Positions 34,673 to 42,215 of a stretch of 64,000 nt of DNA are shown one piece after another (the first letter of the stretch is position 1; the number at the start of each line of letters is the position of its first letter). The DNA is from Actinomycetes bacterium (GTDB lineage Bacteria; Actinomycetota; Thermoleophilia; Solirubrobacterales; Solirubrobacteraceae): positions 6,298 through 70,297 of the forward strand of contig JAEYAL010000156.1 of NCBI GenBank assembly GCA_023404805.1. Direction: 5' to 3'. The notes below the pieces were generated by a model, which was given only the letters and a program-made list of their open reading frames with translations, was not told where the DNA came from and did no database searches. The position numbers and the translations under genes were made by a program.

Positions 34673-36166
34673 ATGCCCACACCGGATCTCCTCCTTCGCG
34701 TCTCCGACCACGCCCGGCGCGCTCCGAGCCGCCCAGCGCTCTTCTTCCGCGGTGCCTGGACAACGTACGCGGACCTCGCGGCCGCAACGTCGCGGGCGGC
34801 CGACGCCCTCTTCCGGAGCGGCCTGCGCCGCGACGAGCAGCTCGTGCTCCTGGCCCCCAAGTCGCCGGACGCGGTGGCGCTGCTGCTAGCGGCGTGGGAC
34901 GCCGGGTATCAGGTGCTCGTGCCGTCCCCCGCGCTCGGAGAGCAGGCGCTCGCAGCGCTTGCCGAGCACACCGGGGCCGGCGCGATCGCCCGGCTCGGTG
35001 ACGGCGGCCTCCTCGCGCTCGACGTCGAGCATCTCGGCCAATCGGCTGCTGGCCACGACGGGCCGCCCGCGTGGAACGCGGACCTCCTGCTCACCACGTC
35101 TGGGAGCACGGGCGTCCCGAAGGTCGTCCCGATCGACCGCCGCGGCGCTGATCTGTTCTTCGCCTGGGCCGCTGCCGAAGCAGGGATCGGGGCGGATGCG
35201 CGCGTGGTCAGCTACGCGCCGCTCAACTTCGACGTGTCGCTGCTCGACGTCTGGGCAACCCTGTCGCGCGGCGGCGCGGCCATCTTGGTGGACGCGGAGG
35301 CGGCCACCGATGGCGCCGCGCTTGCCGACGTGCTGACCGTGACCGGGGCGACGGTCGCCCAGGCCGTGCCGCTCGCCTTCCGGCTGATCGCCGGCCACGC
35401 GCAAGCGCCGCTGCTCGACCTCGAGCGCATCCTGCTCACCGGAGACGTCACGCCGCCCGACCTCGCCGCTCAGCTTTCGGGGATCGCCCCGCGCGCCCGG
35501 ATCCACAACGTCTACGGCTCCACCGAGACGAACGACTCGACCTGGCACGAAGTATCAGCCGCGGAGCTCGCCAGCGGACAACCGCTCGCGATCGGGCGTC
35601 CGCTGACCGGCGCAGACGCGCGGCTCGTGGACCTCGACGGCCAGCTGGTCGACGGCGCCGGGGAGGGGGAGCTGTGGACGTCGACCCCGTTCCAGGCACG
35701 GGGCTACCTCGACCGGGCTGCGACGGAGGCCGCGTTCATCCCCGCGGCGCTCGGCACGGGCCGCACCTTCTACCGGACCGGCGACCTCGCGACCCGCGCT
35801 GACGACGGGTTGCTCCGCCTGGCCGGCCGCCTCGACCACCAGGTCAAGGTCAGCGGCGTCCGGACCAACCTCGCCGCCGTCGAGGCCGTGCTCCGCGACG
35901 CCGACGGCGTCGCCGATGCCGTCGTCGTCGCCCTGCCCGACGACGTCGCCGGACACCGGCTCCACGCCGTCGTCCAGCGGCGGCCGGACGCAGCGGTCAA
36001 CAGCCTTCTCCTGCGGAGCCACGCGGCGCCGCGCCTTCCTCGCACCGCAATCCCGCGTGCGTACTCCATCGCCGACGAACCGCTTCCGCGCACCGCTACG
36101 GGAAAAGTCGACCGGCAGGCGGTCACGCGCGCCATCACCAGCACCCAGAGCCATGTCACGACTTAG
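34673..36166 (+). CDS. stand-alone amino-acid adenylation enzyme (ANL superfamily, NRPS A-domain / DltA-like)
   Basis: The core motifs occur in order: LLLTTSGSTGVPKVV (A3), FDVS (A4), NVYGSTET (A5), GELW (A6), YRTGDL (A7), GRLDHQVKVSGVR (A8) and PRTATGKVDR (A10). Confidence 0.9.
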   Translation: MPTPDLLLRVSDHARRAPSRPALFFRGAWTTYADLAAATSRAADALFRSGLRRDEQLVLLAPKSPDAVALLLAAWDAGYQVLVPSPALGEQALAALAEHTGAGAIARLGDGGLLALDVEHLGQSAAGHDGPPAWNADLLLTTSGSTGVPKVVPIDRRGADLFFAWAAAEAGIGADARVVSYAPLNFDVSLLDVWATLSRGGAAILVDAEAATDGAALADVLTVTGATVAQAVPLAFRLIAGHAQAPLLDLERILLTGDVTPPDLAAQLSGIAPRARIHNVYGSTETNDSTWHEVSAAELASGQPLAIGRPLTGADARLVDLDGQLVDGAGEGELWTSTPFQARGYLDRAATEAAFIPAALGTGRTFYRTGDLATRADDGLLRLAGRLDHQVKVSGVRTNLAAVEAVLRDADGVADAVVVALPDDVAGHRLHAVVQRRPDAAVNSLLLRSHAAPRLPRTAIPRAYSIADEPLPRTATGKVDRQAVTRAITSTQSHVTT

Positions 36167-36407
36167 CGCGATCAAGGACTTGATCGTCACGAACTTCGCC
36201 CCCGACATCGTCGCGGACGACCTGCCCGACGACTACGAGCTGCTCGCCAACGGCGTCGTCGACAGCCTGGGCGTGGTCAAGCTCGTCGGCTTGCTCGAGC
36301 AGCGCTTCGCCCTCGACCTCGACATCGCCGACCTGACGCCGGACGCGTTCCGCTCGGCCCAAGCGATCGACAGCTTCATCGACGTCCTCGCGCCAGCGGC
36401 CGCCTGA
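36153..36407 (+). CDS. acyl/peptidyl carrier protein
   Basis: The ATG at 36153 overlaps the A-enzyme gene by 14 nt. The 84-aa protein has GVVDSLGVVKLVGLLE, the phosphopantetheine Ser in a DSL motif. Confidence 0.8.
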   Translation: MSRLSAIKDLIVTNFAPDIVADDLPDDYELLANGVVDSLGVVKLVGLLEQRFALDLDIADLTPDAFRSAQAIDSFIDVLAPAAA

Positions 36408-36515
36408 CACCCGCCCGGGCCCGCAGACCACCCCGAACACCACCACCCCGCCCGCTTCACGCACCAACCGCGCTTCGGCGCATTCACCAACCGCAACACG
36501 AGCGTTACCGACACC

Positions 36516-36890
36516 ATGATCGTACGGACGAAACACAGCACCCACGGAGTGGACTGGGGCAACGGGCGGAGCTTCCGGCTCCTCGTCGACCAGGACGGAT
36601 TGGGATTCACCCTCGCCCACACGCACGTGTCGGCGGGAACCGAGTCCAAGCTGCAGTACCGCCGCCACCTCGAGGCGTGCTACTGCATCGACGGGCGCGG
36701 AGAGATCGTCACCGAGGACGGCGTCGCACATCCGATCGAGCCGGGAGTCCTGTACGCGCTCGACGCGCACGATGCGCACACGCTGCGGGCCAGCCCAGAG
36801 GGCGATCTCGAGCTGATCAGCGTCTTCAATCCTCCGCTCACCGGCCAGGAGCGCCACGAGCTCTCCGCCGACGGCTACTCCCAGTACTGA
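36516..36890 (+). CDS. EctC-type cupin (solitary L-ectoine synthase homolog)
   Basis: MIVR..., W.N.RSFRLL..DG.GF, AGTES, HLEACYCIDGRGEI, PIEPGVLYALDAHDAHTLRA and VFNPPLTGQERH run collinear with canonical EctC over the full 124 aa. Confidence 0.85.
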   Translation: MIVRTKHSTHGVDWGNGRSFRLLVDQDGLGFTLAHTHVSAGTESKLQYRRHLEACYCIDGRGEIVTEDGVAHPIEPGVLYALDAHDAHTLRASPEGDLELISVFNPPLTGQERHELSADGYSQY

Positions 36891-36905
36891 AGGGCCCGCG
36901 GGACC

Positions 36906-38132
36906 ATGACCCTCACCCGACCTCTTGCCGCCGCGCCCGTCGAGCCCACGCTCGACGGGGCGGCGGCCCCGCCGCCGCTCACTGAGCTCGCGGCCTGGGC
37001 GCAGCGCCTCGGCGAAGTCGGCGAGCGGCGGCGGCCGCACGTCGGCGCAGACGATGCCGCCGGACGCTTCCCGGCGCAGGCCTTTGCGGAGGTCGCGGCG
37101 ACGGGTCTGTTCGCGCTGCCCTTCACGGATGACCGGCGCCGGTCCGACACGTCGATCCCGGCGCTGCTCGCGGCGATCGAGGAGCTCGCCTACACGAGCG
37201 ACGACGCCGGGCTGGCGTTCGCGGTCGCGACACAGCTGGCCAGCGCGATCATCCCGCTGGCGCGCTTCGGCGCGCCTGCCCTGCGTGAGGAGCTCGCCGG
37301 CGCGCTCGCTGACGGGACGCTCGTGGGTGCGCACGCGATCACCGAGCCTGGCGCCGGGTCCGACACGTCGGCGATCACGACAGTGGCGCGCCCCGATGGC
37401 GACGGCCATCTCCTCGTCTCGGGGGAGAAGGCGTTCGTCTCCAACGGCCCTGTCGCCGACCTGATCGTGGTCTACGCGCAGGTCGGCGAGCCCGGCGCGT
37501 CGGGTGGCCTCACCGCGCTGGCCGTCGATGCGGACGCACCTGGCGTGAAGCCGGGCGCCGCGCTCAGCACGCTCGGCCTCCGCACGAGCCCGCTGGGCAC
37601 GCTGAGCCTCGACGGGGTTCGCGTTCCGCGCGGCCGCGTGGTCGGCCAAGTCGGCGCAGGGCCGTGGCTACTGTCGCACGTGATGGCCCGTGAGATCCTC
37701 TTCATCGCGGCCGGCCACGTCGGCTTGCTGCGCCGCCGCTACGAGCGGCTGGTAGACCGGGCACGGACGCGGCACCAGGGCGGCGTGCCGATCGGCAGCC
37801 ATCAGGCGGTCGCCCACGCCGTCGCCGACGTGAAGCTCTCGTTGGACACCGTGCGCCTCTGGCTCGATCACGCCGCCACGGTGCTGGTGTCAGGCGCCGA
37901 TGCGAGCGCGGAGATCGCGTCGCTCAAGATCGTCGCCTCGGAGGCTGCCGTGAGCTCGGCGCGGACCGCGGTGCAGGTGTTCGGCGGCGACGGCTTCCTC
38001 ACCGGTACCGAGATCGAGCGCGGGTTGCGCGACGCCGCCGCGTCGACGATCTACTCGGGTACGAACGAGATCCAGCGCAACAAGATCGCGGCGCTCGCCG
38101 GGATCACGACACCAGCAAGGGGTGCATGGTGA
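36906..38132 (+). CDS. acyl-CoA dehydrogenase-fold flavoenzyme (possibly acting on a carrier-protein-bound substrate)
   Basis: GAHAITEPGAGSD, GEKAFVSNGPVAD, QVFGGDGF and IYSGTNEIQRN are present. The canonical YEG catalytic Glu is replaced by Ser. Confidence 0.85.
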   Translation: MTLTRPLAAAPVEPTLDGAAAPPPLTELAAWAQRLGEVGERRRPHVGADDAAGRFPAQAFAEVAATGLFALPFTDDRRRSDTSIPALLAAIEELAYTSDDAGLAFAVATQLASAIIPLARFGAPALREELAGALADGTLVGAHAITEPGAGSDTSAITTVARPDGDGHLLVSGEKAFVSNGPVADLIVVYAQVGEPGASGGLTALAVDADAPGVKPGAALSTLGLRTSPLGTLSLDGVRVPRGRVVGQVGAGPWLLSHVMAREILFIAAGHVGLLRRRYERLVDRARTRHQGGVPIGSHQAVAHAVADVKLSLDTVRLWLDHAATVLVSGADASAEIASLKIVASEAAVSSARTAVQVFGGDGFLTGTEIERGLRDAAASTIYSGTNEIQRNKIAALAGITTPARGAW

Positions 38133-38809
38133 CCCGTTCGTCCACGTCCGGTCCGCGATCGGCGCAGGTGCCCGCGAGGTACCTCGCCGCGACCGACCAC
38201 CTCGACTTCCGCCACCCGGCGGTGGCGGCCTTTGTCGAACGCGAAACCGCCGACGCCGCCGACGAGCGCGAGGCGGCCGTGCGGCTTTACTACGCCGTGC
38301 GCGACGGGCTCGACTACGACGTCTTCGGGCAGGACCTGTCGTCCGGCGGGGTGCGCGCCAGCGCGATCCTCGAGCGCGGGCAGGGGTTCTGCCTCCACAA
38401 GTCGATCCTCTACGCCGCCGCGGTGCGCGCGGTCGGGGTGCCAAGCCGGCTCAAGGTGTCGGAGGTGCGGAACCACCTCAGCTCGCCGCGGCTGCGCACG
38501 CTCGTCGGGGGCGACCTCTTCGTGCACTGGCTCACCGAAGTCCACCTCGGGGGCCGCTGGGTCAAGGCGACCCCGGTGTTCAACAAGCTGCTGTGCCGCC
38601 TGTACGGCATCGAGCCGCTCGAGTTCGACGGCGTGCACGACGCATCGGCGCACCCGTTCAAGGACGGCGCCGAGATGCGGTTCCTCACCGACCACGGCAC
38701 GTACGCCGATCTCGATTACGGCCACCTCATCGGCGTGATGCGGCAGCGGCACCCGCGGATGTTCGAACTTGGCCTGTGCACCCCGCGAAGCGTGGCCGTG
38801 GCGGCATGA
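38126..38809 (+). CDS. transglutaminase-like cysteine-protease-fold protein
   Basis: GQGFCLHKSILYAAAVRAVGVPSRL is the nucleophile Cys motif and HWLTEVHLGGRWV is the His motif. The start overlaps the ACAD stop (ATGGTGA). Confidence 0.7.
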   Translation: MVTRSSTSGPRSAQVPARYLAATDHLDFRHPAVAAFVERETADAADEREAAVRLYYAVRDGLDYDVFGQDLSSGGVRASAILERGQGFCLHKSILYAAAVRAVGVPSRLKVSEVRNHLSSPRLRTLVGGDLFVHWLTEVHLGGRWVKATPVFNKLLCRLYGIEPLEFDGVHDASAHPFKDGAEMRFLTDHGTYADLDYGHLIGVMRQRHPRMFELGLCTPRSVAVAA

Positions 38810-39468
38810 CCGCGCGTGCCGCACCCGAGCCGGCGGAGGGCGAGGCGCCGCTGACGCTTGATGTGTTCTTCGACTACGTGTGCCCGTACTGCCTGATCGT
38901 GGAGGACGCGGTCGAGCAGGTGGCCGAGCGCCGGCAGCTCGCCGTCCGCTGGCTGCCGTTCGAGCTGCGGCCGTATCCGAGCGCCACGCTGCGCCCGGAA
39001 GATCCGTACCTCCCGGCGGTCTGGCGCGACAGCGTGTATCCACGAGCCGCCGCCGCCGCGGGCGTCCCGATCTCGTTGCCGACCACGTCGCCGCAGCCTT
39101 GGTCGCACGCCGCGTTCGAGGGCCGGATCCACGCGGCCAGCCACGGCGTGGAGCGCGCGTGGGACCGCGCGGTGCTGCGGGCGTTCTTCCAGGAGGACCG
39201 CGACATCGGCGACCTCGCCGTGCTCGCCGCGATCGGGGAGGCGGTCGGACTCGATCCGGCGCAGGTGCGCGAGGCGCTCCAGGAGCGCCGCTACGAAGGA
39301 GCGCACCAGGCTGCCCTCCGCGAGGGCCGCGCCGCCCACATCTCGGCGGTGCCGACGCTGCGGCTCGGGCGCCACTCGTTCGCAGGGGCGCCCGACGAGG
39401 CCCGCCTCGATCATTTCGTCGGGCTCGTGCTCGACGAACGCTCCGCGAGCGCGGGGCCCGCGGCATGA
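38806..39468 (+). CDS. DsbA-family thioredoxin-fold protein (FrnE / 2-hydroxychromene-2-carboxylate isomerase-like)
   Basis: The ATG at 38806 overlaps the upstream stop (ATGA). LDVFFDYVCPYCLI carries the CPYC motif, and ISAVPTL is near the C-terminus. Confidence 0.75.
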   Translation: MTARAAPEPAEGEAPLTLDVFFDYVCPYCLIVEDAVEQVAERRQLAVRWLPFELRPYPSATLRPEDPYLPAVWRDSVYPRAAAAAGVPISLPTTSPQPWSHAAFEGRIHAASHGVERAWDRAVLRAFFQEDRDIGDLAVLAAIGEAVGLDPAQVREALQERRYEGAHQAALREGRAAHISAVPTLRLGRHSFAGAPDEARLDHFVGLVLDERSASAGPAA

Positions 39469-39989
39469 GCGCGTCGCCCGGCATCGATGACGTCGCCCTG
39501 CAGGCGCTCGTCGCCCAGGCGGTCGACCTTTCGACCGCCGAGGTGGCTCGGGGCGGCATCCCGTTCGCGGCGCTGGTGGTCGACCCGCTCAGCGGCGAGG
39601 TGCTCGGCGAAGGCGTCAACCGGGTTGCCGAGCAGCACGACGCGCTCGCGCACGCGGAGATCGTCGCCTTGCAGGACGCCGCCCGGCGCCGGGGCGCCTA
39701 CGCCCTGCCCGGCTCGCTGCTGATCGCCTCCGGCGAGCCCTGCGGCCTGTGCTATCACGCGGCGCTGCAGTTCCGGGTCGGCCACGTCGTCTACGCGGCC
39801 AGCGCCGATGACGCGGCGCGCTACGGCTTCGACTACCGCGGCAGTTACAGCCTGTTCCGGTCGGCGCCCCGCCAGTGGTGGCCGGGCGGTGTCCGCGCGG
39901 TCGCCGTCGACGGCGCGCTGGCGCCGTTCGACCTGTTCGCAAACCACGACGCCGCTCGTCTAGAGCGCCAGGAGAAGAATCCAAGATGA
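39465..39989 (+). CDS. CDA-fold zinc deaminase (nucleoside/guanine/tRNA-adenosine deaminase-like)
   Basis: The ATG at 39465 overlaps the upstream stop (ATGA). HAEIVALQ and GEPCGLCYHA are the zinc-ligand motifs. Confidence 0.75.
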   Translation: MSASPGIDDVALQALVAQAVDLSTAEVARGGIPFAALVVDPLSGEVLGEGVNRVAEQHDALAHAEIVALQDAARRRGAYALPGSLLIASGEPCGLCYHAALQFRVGHVVYAASADDAARYGFDYRGSYSLFRSAPRQWWPGGVRAVAVDGALAPFDLFANHDAARLERQEKNPR

Positions 39990-40789
39990 CGAACGGCCTT
40001 CGCACGCGGAACGACGGGTGGGACGCACGGTTCCGGCTCGGCGTGATCGTCCCGCACGCCGATGTCGGCCCCGAGGCCGAGCTGCAGGCGATGGCACCGC
40101 CTGACGTGTCGATCCACGCGGGCCGCGTGTACTTCGGCGCGATGCGCGCCGGGGGCAAGATGGACCCGAAGATCCCGCACGACCCGGTGCTGGCGTTCGT
40201 GGCGCCGGGCGCCATCGACGAGACGCTGGAGCTGCTCGCGGCGGCGCCGCTCGACGCGATCGGGCTCGCGTTCACGAGTTCGGCCTACAAGCTCGGCCCG
40301 GCCGGAGAGGACGACCTCGTCGACCGGCTCGCCGAGCGCGCCCGCGGTATCCCGCTGCTCTCTGGCGGCCGTGCTGCGGCGGAAGGGCTGCGGTCGCTCG
40401 GCGTGCACCGCTTGGCGCTGATCCACCCGCCGTGGTTCGACGACGCGCTCGACGAGCTCGGCGCCCGCTACTTCGAGGCTCAGGGGTTTGAGGTGGTGCA
40501 CCACGCGCCGGCCGCCATTCCCAGCGACCAGTCGCTCATCACGGCCGACGCGGTGTTCGAGCATGTGCGCGACGTCGCCCGCGACGCCGACGGCGTGTTC
40601 ATCGCGGGCAACGGCTTCCGCGCCGTCGGCGCGATCGCCCGGCTGGAGCACGCGCTCGGGATCCCGGTGCTCTCGGCCAACCAGGCGCTGCTCTGGCGGG
40701 CGCTGGCGGGCCACGTCTCCGGCCGCGGCGCGTCCCGGACGGTGCACGGCTTCGGCCGGCTGTTCGACGCTGAGGCGTCGGCCTTCTGA
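39986..40789 (+). CDS. Asp/Glu/hydantoin racemase superfamily protein (maleate isomerase / arylmalonate decarboxylase-like), cysteine-free
   Basis: The ATG at 39986 overlaps the upstream stop (ATGA). LGVIVPHAD..., LAFTSSAY, LIHPPW, VFIAGNGFRAV and IPVLSANQALLW run collinear with maleate isomerases. The 267-aa protein contains no Cys. Confidence 0.65.
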   Translation: MTNGLRTRNDGWDARFRLGVIVPHADVGPEAELQAMAPPDVSIHAGRVYFGAMRAGGKMDPKIPHDPVLAFVAPGAIDETLELLAAAPLDAIGLAFTSSAYKLGPAGEDDLVDRLAERARGIPLLSGGRAAAEGLRSLGVHRLALIHPPWFDDALDELGARYFEAQGFEVVHHAPAAIPSDQSLITADAVFEHVRDVARDADGVFIAGNGFRAVGAIARLEHALGIPVLSANQALLWRALAGHVSGRGASRTVHGFGRLFDAEASAF

Positions 40790-40905
40790 GCGAACCGCAG
40801 AGGCGGAACAGACCTGGTTCTGGGTCGCCACGCTGGGTGGGGGCGGCCCGGAACCGGGGGTCGAGGCCGGGCGCTCCGGCTTCTGCCGTCGTCCTGCACG
40901 CGGGG

Positions 40906-42174
40906 TCAAGCGCCCGTCACGCGCACCGAGATCTCACGCGAGGCCAGGCGCGCGAACCAGCGGTCGCGCACGTTGCGCTCCAGGTGCGGCTGTCCCGTCT
41001 GGCTCAGGTCTTCGGCCAGCCGCCGGTCGTTCCCGGTCGAATCCAGGCGCCAGCGGGTGAGGGCATCTTGGAAGCGCTGGGCGCACGTATCGTCCGGGCC
41101 CTGCGGGCGGTGCAACGCAAGCCGGCTCACACTTGAGCAGGTACGCGGCGCGCGGGAGACTGCTCCGATCTTCTCGAGCGCCGCGAGCCCAGCCTGGATC
41201 GTCTTGCGGTTGTCGGCTTCGGGGTCGAGCTGGAGCCGCGGAGAGACGTCGCGCGTGAGCGCAGCGACGGACACGTCGACGCTGCCCGTCTGCCCGCCGG
41301 CCTGCTCGGCGAGCACGAGCCAGATCTGCGTGCTGCGCACCACGCGGCGCATCTGCGGCCGCGAGTACTTGTCGCCGCAGAACAGCAGCGCCGCGATCTC
41401 CGCCTCGCCGAGCAGCAGCGGCTGCCCTCGCCGGGACTCGGCCGGTAGCGCGCTGGCGGGGACGCCACCGCGCGGGCGCAGGCAGTCGCTGACCGTCGAC
41501 CGGCCGACGCGCGCTGCCAGCGCGGCCGGAGGGGCGCGGAAGATCGGGTCCGGGGCGCCAGGCGCCGGATCGGCGAACTCGGCCCGGAGCCGATCGCTGG
41601 CTGCCAGGCCCCGCCAGCCCCGCGCGCCGAAGCCGTGGTCGAACAGCCGGATACGCGCATCGGTGAGCAGCCGCTGAAGCTGGGTGCCGCCCGGGTCCTC
41701 CGGCGAGATGCCGTCGTAGGCGAGCACCCCTGAGCGCAGCTGCGCCGGTGACGGCGCGGGCGCGCGCGGCAGCGAGAGCTCGCGCCCTTGCCGCGCGAGG
41801 GCGCCGATGCCGATGAGCGTGTCGAGGGCCTCGTCGTAGGCGGGGACGTGCGACTCGTGTGAACGCAGCACGCGGCCGTAGCGTTCGCGCACATCGGGCA
41901 TCTCGCCGGGGAGCTGAGCGTGCACGCCGCCCGCCCGGGCGACGATCAGCGCGTGGAGCAGCGCGACCGCCAACGCGTGGTTGACCGGCACGCTGCGCCC
42001 GAGCGCGAGCGCGAACACGTCGAACGGCGCGACGAGCACCGGCCACGCGCTCCCTGGGTCGGCGGCCGGCGGCGCGCCGCGCCGCGCGTCGACCAGCCCC
42101 GCGGGCTCGTAGTCGAGCTCGTCGGCGGCCAGATAGCCGCGCCACGCGAACTCCTCTCGGACCAGTGTGCGCAT
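40906..42174 (-). CDS. hypothetical protein (ORFan, 422 aa)
   Basis: The internal ATG at 42174 gives MRTLVREEFAWRGYL.... The composition is protein-like (F, Y, W, I, D and E all present), unlike the Arg/Ala/Pro-rich alternative frames. I recognise no motif. Confidence 0.5.
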   Translation of the reverse strand: MRTLVREEFAWRGYLAADELDYEPAGLVDARRGAPPAADPGSAWPVLVAPFDVFALALGRSVPVNHALAVALLHALIVARAGGVHAQLPGEMPDVRERYGRVLRSHESHVPAYDEALDTLIGIGALARQGRELSLPRAPAPSPAQLRSGVLAYDGISPEDPGGTQLQRLLTDARIRLFDHGFGARGWRGLAASDRLRAEFADPAPGAPDPIFRAPPAALAARVGRSTVSDCLRPRGGVPASALPAESRRGQPLLLGEAEIAALLFCGDKYSRPQMRRVVRSTQIWLVLAEQAGGQTGSVDVSVAALTRDVSPRLQLDPEADNRKTIQAGLAALEKIGAVSRAPRTCSSVSRLALHRPQGPDDTCAQRFQDALTRWRLDSTGNDRRLAEDLSQTGQPHLERNVRDRWFARLASREISVRVTGA

Positions 42175-42215
42175 TCGAGCTCCCCCAGCTCCGCAGTGGT
42201 GCAGCCGGCCGGCCG

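Noticed and set aside
36516-36890. Calling the locus a canonical ectoine biosynthesis operon.
   Set aside because: No ectA (DABA acetyltransferase), ectB (DABA aminotransferase), ectD or ask_ect is present in the window. The flanking genes are of entirely different families, so only the EctC-type fold is claimed.
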